Assembly: GCA_964613915.1 (NCBI GenBank)
Contig: CAZTIW010000019.1
Coordinates: forward strand, 8,240 to 72,239
Source of the DNA: an uncultured Thermoanaerobaculia bacterium
GTDB taxonomy: Bacteria > Acidobacteriota > JBCCFW01
Reading direction: 5' to 3'
DNA: 64,000 bases
The notes under the pieces were generated by a model. That model was not told the DNA's origin. It made no database searches and worked only from the letters and a program-made list of their open reading frames with translations. This document shows, in pieces, positions 20,825 through 30,712 of the stretch. How positions within the stretch are numbered: position 1 is the stretch's first letter; each line of letters begins with the position of its first letter. A program made the position numbers and the translations under genes.

Positions 20825-22798
20825 TCAGAACTCGATGAAAGCAGCCCGCCGGGACGCTTCGCTGCCGGTGCACGCCGCGTGCAGGGGGAGCAGGCAGAGG
20901 CTTGCCGCCGCGCGGAAGGCGAGCAGGCCCCCGCGCTCCACGACATCGGCCGTCGAGACCGGCGCGGGAGCTTCGCAGCGCCACGCGATGCGCCCGTCCA
21001 GCGCGAACGCGGTCAGCGCGCGTCCGTTCACGTTGAGCTCGAGGTAGCCCGTGCCGTCCGGCGAGGGGCCGGTGATGAGCAGCGAGGAGCCGAGGTTCGG
21101 GCTCGCGTCCACCGGGCGGATCTCGCCGTCGGGTCCGATCCACCAGAAGCGGTTGCGGCCGGCCCGGCCGAAGGCGTGACCCGCGACCGTGAGCACGTCC
21201 ATCGGTTCGGGGATGGCGACGCGGAACGCCGTCTCGCCGGCGGGCGACAGGCCGACGAGATGCGTCGGTTCCGCCACGATCCAGCCCGGGCCGCCCGCCG
21301 CGACGCTGTCCTGTCTGCAAGCGTGCGCGTGCCGCCACGCGATCCGCCCGTCCGGGCTCACGCCGAAGAGGCTCGTCGTGCCCGCCACCAGGATGTGCTG
21401 CAAGCTCGGCGTGGCGAGCAGGGCGCGGGCCGGCTCCGGGAGCGCGAGGTCCCAGACCACGTCCGCGCCGCGTTGAAACTCGAGACGCTGAGCGTCGCGC
21501 CCGCCCACCGCGAGGATCTCGTCTCCCGTTCCTGGCAGCACGCGCGCGAACGCGCGGGGGATCGTCGCGCGGGCGCGCCCGTCCCGCAGCACGGAGACCA
21601 GGCCGCGCGCGCCATGCAGCACCAGGCGCCGGCCGTCGGCCGAGAACAGGACGCCCACGAGGTCGGGCGTGCCCTGGACGCGGCCCACCGGCGTGCCCCT
21701 CGCGTCGTGAAGCTCCACGGCGGCGCCGCCGTCACGCGAGACCGCGATCGCGTCGCCCCCGGGCGCGACGGCGACCCGGGCCGTCACGTCCACGTCCAGG
21801 ACGGCCGCGGCGTGCCGCCAGACCGAGCCGCTCGCCGCGGGAGGACGGGACAGCAGCTCGATGCGCGCCGTGCGGTCGCCGCCCGCTTCCAGCAGCAGCA
21901 TCTCGGCGGAGCCGGCAACGGACAGCGCCATGGCGCGCCGGCCGTCGTGCGCGAGGCGCAGCCCCGCGAGCTGCACGGGGCGGCGCTCGTTCCACGTGCA
22001 GTATCCGCTGCCCGGGTCCACCAGGAAGAGCCGCTCGTCGGCCAGCAGCATGAGCGTGCTGCCGTCGCCGGACAGCGCCGCGCCGCGCAGCGGAACGCCG
22101 GGATCGAAGAGGCCGAGGCACAGGCCATCCACCGTGAACGCCTGGGCGCCGTCCGCGTGGACCACGACGAAGATCCCCGTGTCGGAGGCGACGAGCGCGC
22201 GCGCGGACGCGCGCAGGTGCAGCGTCCAGCGCACCTGGCCGCCCTCGAAGACGCTGAACTGCCCGCTGCTCGCGAGCGCGACGATCTCGCCCTCCAGCGA
22301 GCACGGCGCAACGTGATCGACCGCGTGGGCCACCGCGATCGTCGTGCGCGGCCGGCCGGTCGGACTGAGGATCCTCATCGGGCGGCGGTCCTCCGCCACC
22401 ACGACCATGCGCGCGTTGGCGCCCAGCGCGCGGAACGCGTCCACGCGAAGGTCCGCGCGCGGCTCGCCGTCCGCGCCGCACGCGAGCAGCCGTCCGTCCG
22501 CCGTCACGGCCGTGAACGCGCCCGACGGGAGCAGCCGCGTCGCCTGCAGCGGCGTCGAGAGGCGGGACGTTCGCAGGACGCGGCCCGTGGCGTCCATCTC
22601 CGTGAGCGTGCCCATGGCGTCCATCACGCGCACGTGGCCGCGCGGGGCGAAGCACGCATCGAGCACGCGCTCGTCGGCGTGAAACTCCCAGGCAGACTCG
22701 ACGCGGACGGGATCGGGCGGGTGCGGCGCGTGACCCGACGGAGGCAAGGGCGGTGGGCTTCCGGAACCCGCCGGACCGGGCAGCGGCGGCGGCTTCAC
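20825..22798 (-). CDS. Cytosolic WD40/PQQ-like beta-propeller repeat protein with a Pro-rich N-terminus
   Basis: Repeated SADGRRLVL / SPDGRIAW / DG-x-L blade-like motifs over about 600 aa. No signal peptide. The GTG start overlaps the radical-SAM stop (GTGA); the alternative ATG at 22825 would give a 31-nt overlap. Confidence 0.6.
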   Translation of the reverse strand: MKPPPLPGPAGSGSPPPLPPSGHAPHPPDPVRVESAWEFHADERVLDACFAPRGHVRVMDAMGTLTEMDATGRVLRTSRLSTPLQATRLLPSGAFTAVTADGRLLACGADGEPRADLRVDAFRALGANARMVVVAEDRRPMRILSPTGRPRTTIAVAHAVDHVAPCSLEGEIVALASSGQFSVFEGGQVRWTLHLRASARALVASDTGIFVVVHADGAQAFTVDGLCLGLFDPGVPLRGAALSGDGSTLMLLADERLFLVDPGSGYCTWNERRPVQLAGLRLAHDGRRAMALSVAGSAEMLLLEAGGDRTARIELLSRPPAASGSVWRHAAAVLDVDVTARVAVAPGGDAIAVSRDGGAAVELHDARGTPVGRVQGTPDLVGVLFSADGRRLVLHGARGLVSVLRDGRARATIPRAFARVLPGTGDEILAVGGRDAQRLEFQRGADVVWDLALPEPARALLATPSLQHILVAGTTSLFGVSPDGRIAWRHAHACRQDSVAAGGPGWIVAEPTHLVGLSPAGETAFRVAIPEPMDVLTVAGHAFGRAGRNRFWWIGPDGEIRPVDASPNLGSSLLITGPSPDGTGYLELNVNGRALTAFALDGRIAWRCEAPAPVSTADVVERGGLLAFRAAASLCLLPLHAACTGSEASRRAAFIEF

Positions 22799-23760
22799 GA
22801 CACGGCCTCGCGTGCCGGAGCGCACCCCCCGCAGGCGCCGTCATGCCAGCAGGCGGCATCGGCGGGCGGCGGATCCGGCCACGCCCGGGCGGCGCCCTCG
22901 CGCCATGCGGCGTCCATGGGCTTGCGGCGCAGGTCGCCCACGACTGCGGTCGCGAGCGGGCAACTCGTGAGCTTGCCCTCGTGCGTGATGCGAGCCTGGA
23001 GCCGCCCGCAGCCGCAGGCAGGCGCGGCTCCCTCGGCGAGTCTCCTCGGCAGGTGAAGGCGCAGCGATCCGGCGCGCGCCGCGAGCGAGAGCAGGCTCGC
23101 GTCGAGCGCGTCGCGGCCGGCCCGCGCGCCGTCCCGCCAGGGCGCCTCGGGCCCCGCTGGCGCGGGGAAGCTCCAGGTCAGCGAGAGCGCGCCGGCTTCC
23201 TCTGCCCACGCCGCGACGGCCTCGAGCTCCAGCGTCCGACTCGGCGTCAGCGCGCCCGCGATCGCGAACGGCGCTCCGGCGGCCGCGCAGCGCGCCGCGG
23301 CTTGCAGGGCGGGCGGGGGCGCGCCTGTCCGTGCGCCGTGGGCGGGCGCCGCGTCCTCGCGTGACGGCAGCACGAGGACGAATCCTCGTACCCCGGCGCG
23401 CAGGAGAGCGTGGATCCGCGCGTCCGTGAGCGCCGCGCCTGGCGTCGCGACGACCACATGCGCGCCGCGCCGCGTGGCGTGTCCCGCGATGGTCTCGAGG
23501 TCCTCGCGCGCCAGCGGATCCCCTCCGGCGATCGCGAGCAGGGGCCGCCCGCTCAGCGCGCCGATCTGCCCGCCCACGTGAAGGCTCTCGACCGTCGAGA
23601 GATCGCCGCCGACGCCAGCCCACGGCCCGGCCGTCACCGCGCAGGCGGCGCACGCGCGCGCGCAGCGCCGCACGATGTTCCACGCCAGGGCGCGCAGCGC
23701 GGGCTCGCCCGCTTCGCCGCGCGGCGGGAGGAAGTCGTCAGCGAGGCACGTGAAGGACAC
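22795..23760 (-). CDS. Radical SAM enzyme with a C-terminal SPASM/twitch-like auxiliary Cys cluster domain
   Basis: CARACAAC (Cx3Cx2C) at residues 33-40. GGDPL SAM-binding motif. C-terminal CGCG...C and CWHDGACGGC clusters. GTG start about 105 nt downstream of the subunit I stop. Confidence 0.65.
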   Translation of the reverse strand: MSFTCLADDFLPPRGEAGEPALRALAWNIVRRCARACAACAVTAGPWAGVGGDLSTVESLHVGGQIGALSGRPLLAIAGGDPLAREDLETIAGHATRRGAHVVVATPGAALTDARIHALLRAGVRGFVLVLPSREDAAPAHGARTGAPPPALQAAARCAAAGAPFAIAGALTPSRTLELEAVAAWAEEAGALSLTWSFPAPAGPEAPWRDGARAGRDALDASLLSLAARAGSLRLHLPRRLAEGAAPACGCGRLQARITHEGKLTSCPLATAVVGDLRRKPMDAAWREGAARAWPDPPPADAACWHDGACGGCAPAREAVS

Positions 23761-23865
23761 GGGAGGGCCCGGAACCTGGAAGTTGCGGCGGGAAGGCCAC
23801 GGCGAGGAAGCGGGGAGGGCGCCAGGATCGCATGAACGGCCGCGGCGTGGGAGCGCGGCGCGAGC

Positions 23866-25389
23866 TCATGCGGCGGGATCCGGCCCGAGGGCGCCCGCGC
23901 GGGCGGGAGCGTCCGGCGCGGGGTCGGTCGGGGCCGGGCGGGCACGCAGCGAGCGCACGACGTTCACGACGAGGATGACCTGCGCCGCCGCCAGCACGAG
24001 CGCGAGCCACGAGGTCGCCATGGTCAGGCCGCGGAGCGGCTCGAGCTCCGCGAGCGCGAACGGGTTCGCGAGCCGGCGCGCCTGTCCGGCCCAGCCCACC
24101 GCGAGGTGACCCGCGAAGACGAGCGGCATCAGCGCGCCCGTGATCAGCGCATGCGCGAAGCCGAGGCGCCTGCCGAGATCCCTGCCCGCCAGGAACGGGA
24201 ACCAGGCGTGGAAGCCCGCGAACGCGGCGAGCAGGACGGAGGCCGCGAGCGTCAGGTGGAAGTGTCCGACGACGAACATCGTGTCGTGAAGGTAGATGTC
24301 GGTCGTCGGGTTTCCGAGAAACAGGCCGGTCACGCCTCCCGCGACGAACGTCAGCATGGAGGCCACCGCGTAGACGAGCGGCGGTTCGAGCTTCAGCGCG
24401 CCACCGCGCACGGTGCGCAGCCACGAGATCACCAGGACCTGCGACGGGATGGCCACCAGGAGCGTCAGGACCACGAAGGCCTTGCCGGCCAGCGGCACGA
24501 GCCCGGTCGTGAACATGTGGTGGCCGTGGACGAGCGAGGCAATCGCGCAGATCGCGATCATCGCCGCGACCTGGTGGCGCGCGCCGTGCGGCGGCTTGCT
24601 CGAGAACCGCGCCAGCATCTCGCCGATGAGCCCCCACGCGGGCAGGATGAGGATGTAGACCTGCGGGTGACCGAAGATCCAGAAGAGATGCTGGAAGAGC
24701 AGCGGGTCGCCGCCGCCGGCCGAGAAGAACGCCGTGCCGGCATGCCGGTCCAGAAGCAGCAGGGTGGCGGCGACGAGCAGCAAGGGCAGGAAGGCGAGGC
24801 TCAGGACCGAGGCCAGGAACAGGCCCCAGAGCCCGAGCGGCAGGCTCATCATCGTCAGGCCCGGGGCCCGGTGCGCCACCACGGTGGCGACGAGGTTGCC
24901 CGCGGCGACCAGGGTCGCCGCCGCCGACGCCGCGAGCGCGAGCAGGACGAGGCTCGTGCCGGCGCCAGGGGAGTGCGTGGCATCCGAGAGTGGCGGGTAG
25001 AGCGTCCAGCCGGCGCGCGCCGTTCCCGAGGCGACGAGGACGGACGCGATCAACAGCGCGAGGGACGCGACGTGGGCCGCGACCGACAGCGCGCACGCGC
25101 GAGGGAACGCCATGCGCGCGGCGCCGACCAGGCGCGGCGTCAGCAGGTGAGCCGGCCCGAGCAGGATGAGCGGCGGCAGCGCCCAGAACAGCATGACGAG
25201 CCCGTGCAGCGTGAACGTCGCGTCCGCGCGGGTCGGCGAGAGCCAGCCGTTTTCCGGCCCGATGAGGTGGACCCGCATCGCCACGGCGAGCGCGCCGCCG
25301 GTCGCGAGCGCGAGGAACCCGAGGACGAAAAACGCGCGCGCGGCGCGCGCGTGTTCGGGCGCGCCGGGCGCCGCCGGGTCCCGAGCCAT
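23866..25389 (-). CDS. ctaD: Heme-copper oxidase subunit I
   Basis: WIFGHPQVYILILP (CuB His and cross-link Tyr), VHGHHMF (CuB His pair), VVGHFHLT (heme a/a3 His). 12 transmembrane helices. Confidence 0.85.
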   Translation of the reverse strand: MARDPAAPGAPEHARAARAFFVLGFLALATGGALAVAMRVHLIGPENGWLSPTRADATFTLHGLVMLFWALPPLILLGPAHLLTPRLVGAARMAFPRACALSVAAHVASLALLIASVLVASGTARAGWTLYPPLSDATHSPGAGTSLVLLALAASAAATLVAAGNLVATVVAHRAPGLTMMSLPLGLWGLFLASVLSLAFLPLLLVAATLLLLDRHAGTAFFSAGGGDPLLFQHLFWIFGHPQVYILILPAWGLIGEMLARFSSKPPHGARHQVAAMIAICAIASLVHGHHMFTTGLVPLAGKAFVVLTLLVAIPSQVLVISWLRTVRGGALKLEPPLVYAVASMLTFVAGGVTGLFLGNPTTDIYLHDTMFVVGHFHLTLAASVLLAAFAGFHAWFPFLAGRDLGRRLGFAHALITGALMPLVFAGHLAVGWAGQARRLANPFALAELEPLRGLTMATSWLALVLAAAQVILVVNVVRSLRARPAPTDPAPDAPARAGALGPDPAA

Positions 25390-25390
25390 G

Positions 25391-26152
25391 TCAGCGAGGC
25401 TCCAGCGGCCAGGGGGCGGGCGGCGGCGGCGGGCCCCAGGTCGCCGCGACCTGCGCGTGACGCAGCCAGCCGTCGAACGCCTCGGGCTCCATCACGAGCA
25501 GGCGCGCCTCCATCAGGTGGTGGCCCGGGCCGCAGAACTCCGCGCAGGGTCCGGGCCACTCGCCCGCGCGCGCCGCGCGCAGTGACAGGGACGTCACGCG
25601 GCCAGGGATCGCGTCGGCCTTCACGCGCAGGTTGGGCAGGAAGAGCGCGTGGATCACGTCCACGGCCGACAGCGACACGGTGACGAGCTCGCCGCGCGGG
25701 ACCACCAGGACGTCGCGCGTCACGACGTCGTCGCCCGTGCCGAACGCGCCGTCGGCGCCCGCATGACGGAACTCCCAGGACCACCGGCGCGCCAGCGCGC
25801 GCACGGGGATGCCGGCCGCGGCGCTGTCGGCGCCGGATGACACGCGGCGCGGCACGATCGCGTCGTAGTCGCGCACGGCTCGGAGCAGGATGCCGGAGTC
25901 AGCGACGACGAAGAGGAGCACCGCGGCGAGGGGCGTCCCGAATCGCGACGGCGGGTCGGCTCGCGCGTGCGCGCGGCGATGCGCTCGGATGAGCTCGAAC
26001 ACCAGCCAGGCGGTCGCGGCCAGCAGGAGAACGCCACACGTGACGCCGGCGTGCGCGAGCGCCGCGTCCACGCGATCGCCGTCCAGCGAGACGTTCTCGG
26101 GAAGTCCCCAGCCTGTTGCCACGGCGACGGCCATCGCGCCTTCTCGGATCAT
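25391..26152 (-). CDS. ctaC: Heme-copper oxidase subunit II (CuA cupredoxin domain)
   Basis: CuA motif CAEFCGPGHHLM with the upstream His (DVIHALF). N-terminal transmembrane helices. One-nt gap to the subunit I start. Confidence 0.8.
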   Translation of the reverse strand: MIREGAMAVAVATGWGLPENVSLDGDRVDAALAHAGVTCGVLLLAATAWLVFELIRAHRRAHARADPPSRFGTPLAAVLLFVVADSGILLRAVRDYDAIVPRRVSSGADSAAAGIPVRALARRWSWEFRHAGADGAFGTGDDVVTRDVLVVPRGELVTVSLSAVDVIHALFLPNLRVKADAIPGRVTSLSLRAARAGEWPGPCAEFCGPGHHLMEARLLVMEPEAFDGWLRHAQVAATWGPPPPPAPWPLEPR

Positions 26153-26241
26153 CCGCGGCGAGTCCTCCGGGCGCGTGCGAGCCTCGAGCGATCTCCCTGC
26201 CCCATCATGTCATCCGACCGGTCGTGTATTCTGGTCGCGTG

Positions 26242-27039
26242 ATGCTGGCTCGGACTCTCCACTCCGCGGGCGCGTCCACCGGGTTCTCGGATCCGTGGGG
26301 TCTGCCCGACTCTCGCCGGCGCCCGCGGGCCAGCAGCCTGGCGGCGTCCTCATCCCCCGGGCGGCATGCGTGTTCGCCGCGCCGGGCGCGTGTCTGGATT
26401 CGGCTGGCCGATGGTCCCCGAGGGCCCCAGCCCCCGCACCAGGCCGCCGGCGATCCGGGCTCGCCAGTCGCCGGCCGCCCGCGCGACGCGCTGGGCCGGG
26501 AAGCATCTGTCGGCGAGACGCGGTACTTCCTGGACGCCAGCGACGTGATCGTGCGCGTGGGTGGCGGCTGGAACGCGTTCGCCCTGGCGGGCGACGCGCC
26601 CGCGATCTGCGCCGGTTCGATCGAGGGCCGCTCGCTCTGGGACTTCGTGCGCGGCGACGGCGTGCGCGAGATCCTCGCCAAGCTCTTCGAGCGTGCGCGC
26701 GCCGCGGCGGAGCCGATCGTGCTGCCGTTCCGGTGCGACGGGCCGAAGGTCCGCCGCCACATGGTCGCCCGGCTGCAAGCGCAGGACGACCTGCTGCTCG
26801 TCGCGACGCGCGTCGTGAAGGAAGAGCGGCGCTTTCGCGAGGCGCGATGGGCGCCGGACGACGCCGCGACAGATCGGCTCTTCACCATGTGCAGCTGGTG
26901 TTGTCGCGTGCGCCTGGGCGCCGCGTGGTGCGAGGTCGAAGAAGCGCTCGATCGGTCCGACTGCCTCGGCCCGCCGCTGCCTGCCATCACGCACGGTATC
27001 TGCCCGTCGTGTCGCGAGCGCCTCACGAGCGAGGTCTGA
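26242..27039 (+). CDS. PAS-like sensor protein with a C-terminal Cys4 motif (CSWCC...HGICPSC); the N-terminal about 95 aa is disordered and the start is uncertain
   Basis: The region ETRYFLDASDVIVRVGGGWNAFA...RSLWDFV resembles a PAS fold. C-terminal C-x2-CC...C-x2-C. Divergent to ctaC and 2 nt upstream of sco1. Confidence 0.5.
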   Translation: MLARTLHSAGASTGFSDPWGLPDSRRRPRASSLAASSSPGRHACSPRRARVWIRLADGPRGPQPPHQAAGDPGSPVAGRPRDALGREASVGETRYFLDASDVIVRVGGGWNAFALAGDAPAICAGSIEGRSLWDFVRGDGVREILAKLFERARAAAEPIVLPFRCDGPKVRRHMVARLQAQDDLLLVATRVVKEERRFREARWAPDDAATDRLFTMCSWCCRVRLGAAWCEVEEALDRSDCLGPPLPAITHGICPSCRERLTSEV

Positions 27040-27041
27040 TC

Positions 27042-27677
27042 ATGGCCGAGACCCCGGCGCCTCGCGCGCATTCCTGGCGGATCGTCCCCGTGATCTTCGC
27101 CGTCGGCGTGCTCGCGCTCGCGACCGCGCGCTTGCTGAGCGAGCCCCCGCCCGCGCCGCCGCCGCCCAGCTACTTCGAATTGCCGGACTTCACGCTCACG
27201 TCGCACGAGGAGCGCCCCTTCTCGCGCGCGGACCTGAGCGGGCGCGTCTGGGTCGTCGGGTTCTTCTTCACGCGATGCCCCACCATCTGTCCGGTGCTCA
27301 CGCAACGGATGAAGGCGGTGCAGGCTCTCGGCGCGCCGCTCGGCGAGCGATTTCGCCTCGCGTCGATCACGGTCGATCCGGAACACGACAGCCCCGAGGT
27401 CATGCGCGCGTTCGCCGCGGCGCAGGGCGTCACGCTCGACTCGTGGACCATGCTGACGGGATCGACCGAGGACATTCAGCGCATCGTTCGCGAGGGCTTC
27501 AAGGAGCACCTCGTCACCGCCCCCGACATGCCGGCCGAGGACGTCGTGCACTCCGTGCGGTTCTTCCTCGTGGACGGCGGGGGCTCGGTGCGGGGACTGT
27601 ACGACGGCACCGACCCCGAGGCCGCCGAGGCCCTCATCCGTGACGCGCGCGCGGTGCTCGCGGAGGCGCCGAACTGA
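27042..27677 (+). CDS. sco1: SCO1/SenC copper chaperone (thioredoxin-fold, membrane-anchored)
   Basis: CPTICP (CxxxC) copper-binding motif plus the conserved downstream His (VHSVRFFLVD). N-terminal transmembrane segment. Confidence 0.8.
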   Translation: MAETPAPRAHSWRIVPVIFAVGVLALATARLLSEPPPAPPPPSYFELPDFTLTSHEERPFSRADLSGRVWVVGFFFTRCPTICPVLTQRMKAVQALGAPLGERFRLASITVDPEHDSPEVMRAFAAAQGVTLDSWTMLTGSTEDIQRIVREGFKEHLVTAPDMPAEDVVHSVRFFLVDGGGSVRGLYDGTDPEAAEALIRDARAVLAEAPN

Positions 27678-27696
27678 CCGCGCCCGTGGCGACCGG

Positions 27697-28134
27697 TCAG
27701 CCGATGCGGCCGCTCACGTGGTACAGCAGGATGTAGATGAGGACGCCCGTGACGGAGACGTACAGCCAGATCGGCAGCGTCACGCGCGCGATCCGGCGGT
27801 GTTCGTCGAGTCGCCCGCGGATGGCGAGGTATGCCGTCCGGCCGACGAGGGGCACGACGAGCACGGCCAGCGTCATGTGCGAGAACAGCACGACGAGGTA
27901 GAGCATGCGGATGGCTGCCGGTCCCTCGAACCGATGCGTGCCGGTGAGGGAGGCCCGAATCACGTAGCAGACGAGAAAGAGGGCGGACGCCGCGATGGCG
28001 GCCTTCATGCAGCGCCGGTGGAGCGTGACGTTCTTGCGCTTGATGGCGCGCCAGCCCGTCAGGACGAGCGTCGCGGAGATCGCGTTGAGCGACCCGTTGA
28101 TGGCCGGAAGAACGGTGTCGGCGAACGAGCTCAT
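27697..28134 (-). CDS. DUF420-family membrane protein (found with CtaA/SCO in oxidase biogenesis clusters)
   Basis: Four transmembrane helices. Conserved-looking HRR and LYHV motifs. Start chosen at the MSSFADT Met. Confidence 0.55.
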   Translation of the reverse strand: MSSFADTVLPAINGSLNAISATLVLTGWRAIKRKNVTLHRRCMKAAIAASALFLVCYVIRASLTGTHRFEGPAAIRMLYLVVLFSHMTLAVLVVPLVGRTAYLAIRGRLDEHRRIARVTLPIWLYVSVTGVLIYILLYHVSGRIG

Positions 28135-28335
28135 GCGCAGGGGTGTCTCGGGAGGAAGGCGCTCGCACGATGTCACGCGCCGCCCCGCCGGTCAACGTGG
28201 CGAGCCGCCGGTGATCGCCGAGGTCCCGGCGCGACGGGCGCGCGGCTCCCCCGTCCGGGGCCACGGAGGTAGAATCCCCCTTCGAAACCCGGTGACCTGG
28301 ATCGAAGCCTGCCCGGCGGGCCCTGGAGATTGCCC

Positions 28336-28776
28336 ATGCTTGCCCCTAGCCGTTCCCTCGCATCCCGCCTCCTGGCGCTGGCCCTGTCGCTGGCTGCCGT
28401 CGCGCTCCTGTCCGGCTGCAGCAGCGGCACGGCGACCAGCCCCGAGCGCCACGCCTTCACGCTGAACCTCACCGGCATGGCGCCTCACGTGGGGCAGCGG
28501 CTGGACCTGCGGATCGTTCATCGCGCGACCATGAACGAGGTCGCCCGCGCGCGCGTGGCGACGATCCCGAGCGCCTCGTTCCAGCTGATCGTGCCCGACG
28601 CGCTGGTGGCGGGGGAGACGTACCACGTGGACTTCTACGCCGACTTCAACCGGAACGGCCGCTACGACGCGCCGCCTGCGGATCACGCGTGGCGCCGCGT
28701 CGTGAACGCGCCGGCGGCGCCCGTGTCCATCACGTTCATGCACGACGCGAACTTCACGGACATCCGCTGGCCCTGA
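28336..28776 (+). CDS. Hypothetical lipoprotein
   Basis: Lipobox LLSGC after a signal h-region. Beta-rich 120-aa mature domain with His/Met/Asp residues (HVDFYADFNRNGRYD). Confidence 0.5.
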   Translation: MLAPSRSLASRLLALALSLAAVALLSGCSSGTATSPERHAFTLNLTGMAPHVGQRLDLRIVHRATMNEVARARVATIPSASFQLIVPDALVAGETYHVDFYADFNRNGRYDAPPADHAWRRVVNAPAAPVSITFMHDANFTDIRWP

Positions 28777-28922
28777 GATCGCCGGTTGACCACGCGCGTG
28801 CCATCGCGCACGCGCGTGGCTTCGAACACGCGCGAGGGCTTGCCCGGCCAGGGCGCGTGGCGCAGAATCCGCGAGAAACCGCCCGTCCATCCTGGTGCCG
28901 GCGCCTTGCCGGGTGATCCGAC

Positions 28923-29843
28923 GTGAGTCCGTTCCGCCTCGCCCTCCTGGCCTCTGTCGCGACCTTCCTGCTCCTCGTGGCGGGCGGCCTCGTCAAGCCC
29001 ACCGGATCCTCGCTCGCGTGCCCGGATTGGCCGCTGTGCAACGGCGAGGTCTTCCCCGCGATGACCGGCGGCGTCGAGTACGAGCACTCGCATCGCCTCG
29101 CGGCGCTGGCCGTCGTCATGTTCTCGGTCTGGCTGGTGGTCGCCACGCGGCGCGCAGGCGTGGCGCGGCGCGTTCGCGTGCTGGCGCTCGTGCTCCTGCC
29201 GCTGATCGGCATGCAGGCGGCGCTCGGCGCCATCACGGTGATTCACCGCCTGCCGGCGCCCGTCTCGACGGCGCATCTGGCGCTGGCGATGACATTCTTC
29301 CTGTGCGTCATGACGTGCGCGCACTGGCTGGCTCAGGGCCAGGACGGCGCGCGCTTCGAGCCGGGGCAGCCGCGCCTGGCCGCGCTCGCGGCTCTCGCCA
29401 TGGTCTTCGCGCAGAGCTTGCTCGGCGGCTTCATCCGGCACACGGGCGCCAACCGCGCCTGCGGGATCGAGTTCCCCCTGTGCGGCGGCGAGTGGTGGCC
29501 CGAACTGTGGGCCGGGCGCGCGCACCAGCTGCACCGCCTGCTCGGCATCGTGACGCTCGTCGTCGTGTTCGCCGCCGCGGTGCCGACGGCTCGCGCCGCC
29601 TGGCGCGCCGGACGCCGGCTCGCCCTGGCGTGCACGCTGCTCGCGCCCGTTCTCGCCGTGGCGCAGGTCTTCCTCGGAATCGCGACGGTGACCAGCGCCA
29701 TCGCTCTTCCGCAGGTCATGGGCCATTTCATCGTCGGCATGGCGCTGCTGGCGTGCTGCCACGCGGCTCACGTCGGGCTCGGCCCGCGACGCCTCGCTTC
29801 CGAGGCGACGCCGCTGCCTGACGCGCTTCCGGAGCCGTCATGA
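28923..29843 (+). CDS. ctaA: Heme A synthase CtaA (COX15)
   Basis: CPDWPLC motif in loop 1, conserved His in transmembrane helices 2 and 6, eight transmembrane helices. GTG start. Confidence 0.8.
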   Translation: MSPFRLALLASVATFLLLVAGGLVKPTGSSLACPDWPLCNGEVFPAMTGGVEYEHSHRLAALAVVMFSVWLVVATRRAGVARRVRVLALVLLPLIGMQAALGAITVIHRLPAPVSTAHLALAMTFFLCVMTCAHWLAQGQDGARFEPGQPRLAALAALAMVFAQSLLGGFIRHTGANRACGIEFPLCGGEWWPELWAGRAHQLHRLLGIVTLVVVFAAAVPTARAAWRAGRRLALACTLLAPVLAVAQVFLGIATVTSAIALPQVMGHFIVGMALLACCHAAHVGLGPRRLASEATPLPDALPEPS

Positions 29844-30712
29844 TGAGGGCCGCCACGCTCGGCCGGCCGGCCGACTGGCTGGCCCTGGGCAAGCCGGGAA
29901 TCACCGGCATGGCCGTGCTCATGGCGCTCGGCATGATCCTCGTCGCGCCGGAGCCCATGGGGCTCTTCCGCACGATCGGGACGCTCGCGGGCATCGCGCT
30001 GCTCACGGGATCCGCGAACACGTTCAACATGATCGCCGAGCGCAGCGCCGATGCGTTGATGGAGCGCACGCGCGCGCGTCCGCTGCCGGCCGGCCGCATG
30101 GCCGTCGCCCCCGCGCTCGTCCTCGCCGTCGGGATGGGCGTCGTGTCCCTGGCGCTCCTTCGCGCGCTCGCCAACGACCTCACGGCCGGGCTCGGCCTGC
30201 TGGCGCTCCTGCTTTACGTCGGCGTTTACACGCCGCTCAAGTACATCACGCCCGTGGCGCTGCTGGTCGGCGCCGTGCCGGGCGCGATGCCGGTGCTTCT
30301 CGGCCACGCGGCCGCGACGGGCTCCGTCAACGCGTTCGGCATGTCGCTCGCGCTCGTCCTCTTCGCGTGGCAGATCCCGCACTTCCTCGCGATCACGCTG
30401 TTCCGATCGGAGGAGTACGGGCGCGCGGGCATGCGCGTGCATCCGCTCGTGCACGGCGCCGACCGCACGCGCGTGGAGACCCTCGCGTACACGCTCGCGC
30501 TCGTGCCCGTCAGTCTCATCGCCGTGCCGCTCGGCGCGGGGATGGTCTACGGCGCGGTCGCGCTGGCCGCTGGTCTCTGGCTGGCCTGGCTCGCGTGGCG
30601 CGTGCGTGCGCCCCAGTCAACGCCGGCGCAGGCGCGCTCGTACTTCCTGGCGACGCTCGTCTACCTGCCCGTGCTGGTCCTTGGGCTCGTGGTCGGCCGA
30701 TTCACCGCGTGA
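29840..30712 (+). CDS. ctaB: Protoheme IX farnesyltransferase (heme O synthase)
   Basis: UbiA-family polytopic protein with CyoE/CtaB signatures (YTPLKYITP, WQIPHFLAI). ATGA overlap with ctaA. Confidence 0.85.
   Translation: MMRAATLGRPADWLALGKPGITGMAVLMALGMILVAPEPMGLFRTIGTLAGIALLTGSANTFNMIAERSADALMERTRARPLPAGRMAVAPALVLAVGMGVVSLALLRALANDLTAGLGLLALLLYVGVYTPLKYITPVALLVGAVPGAMPVLLGHAAATGSVNAFGMSLALVLFAWQIPHFLAITLFRSEEYGRAGMRVHPLVHGADRTRVETLAYTLALVPVSLIAVPLGAGMVYGAVALAAGLWLAWLAWRVRAPQSTPAQARSYFLATLVYLPVLVLGLVVGRFTA

Noticed and set aside
20765-23056. 763-aa plus-strand ORF across the beta-propeller and radical-SAM genes, plus the many 21732..22859-type overlapping ORFs
   Set aside because: Antisense or alternate-frame, Arg-rich. 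The minus-strand genes carry recognisable motifs.
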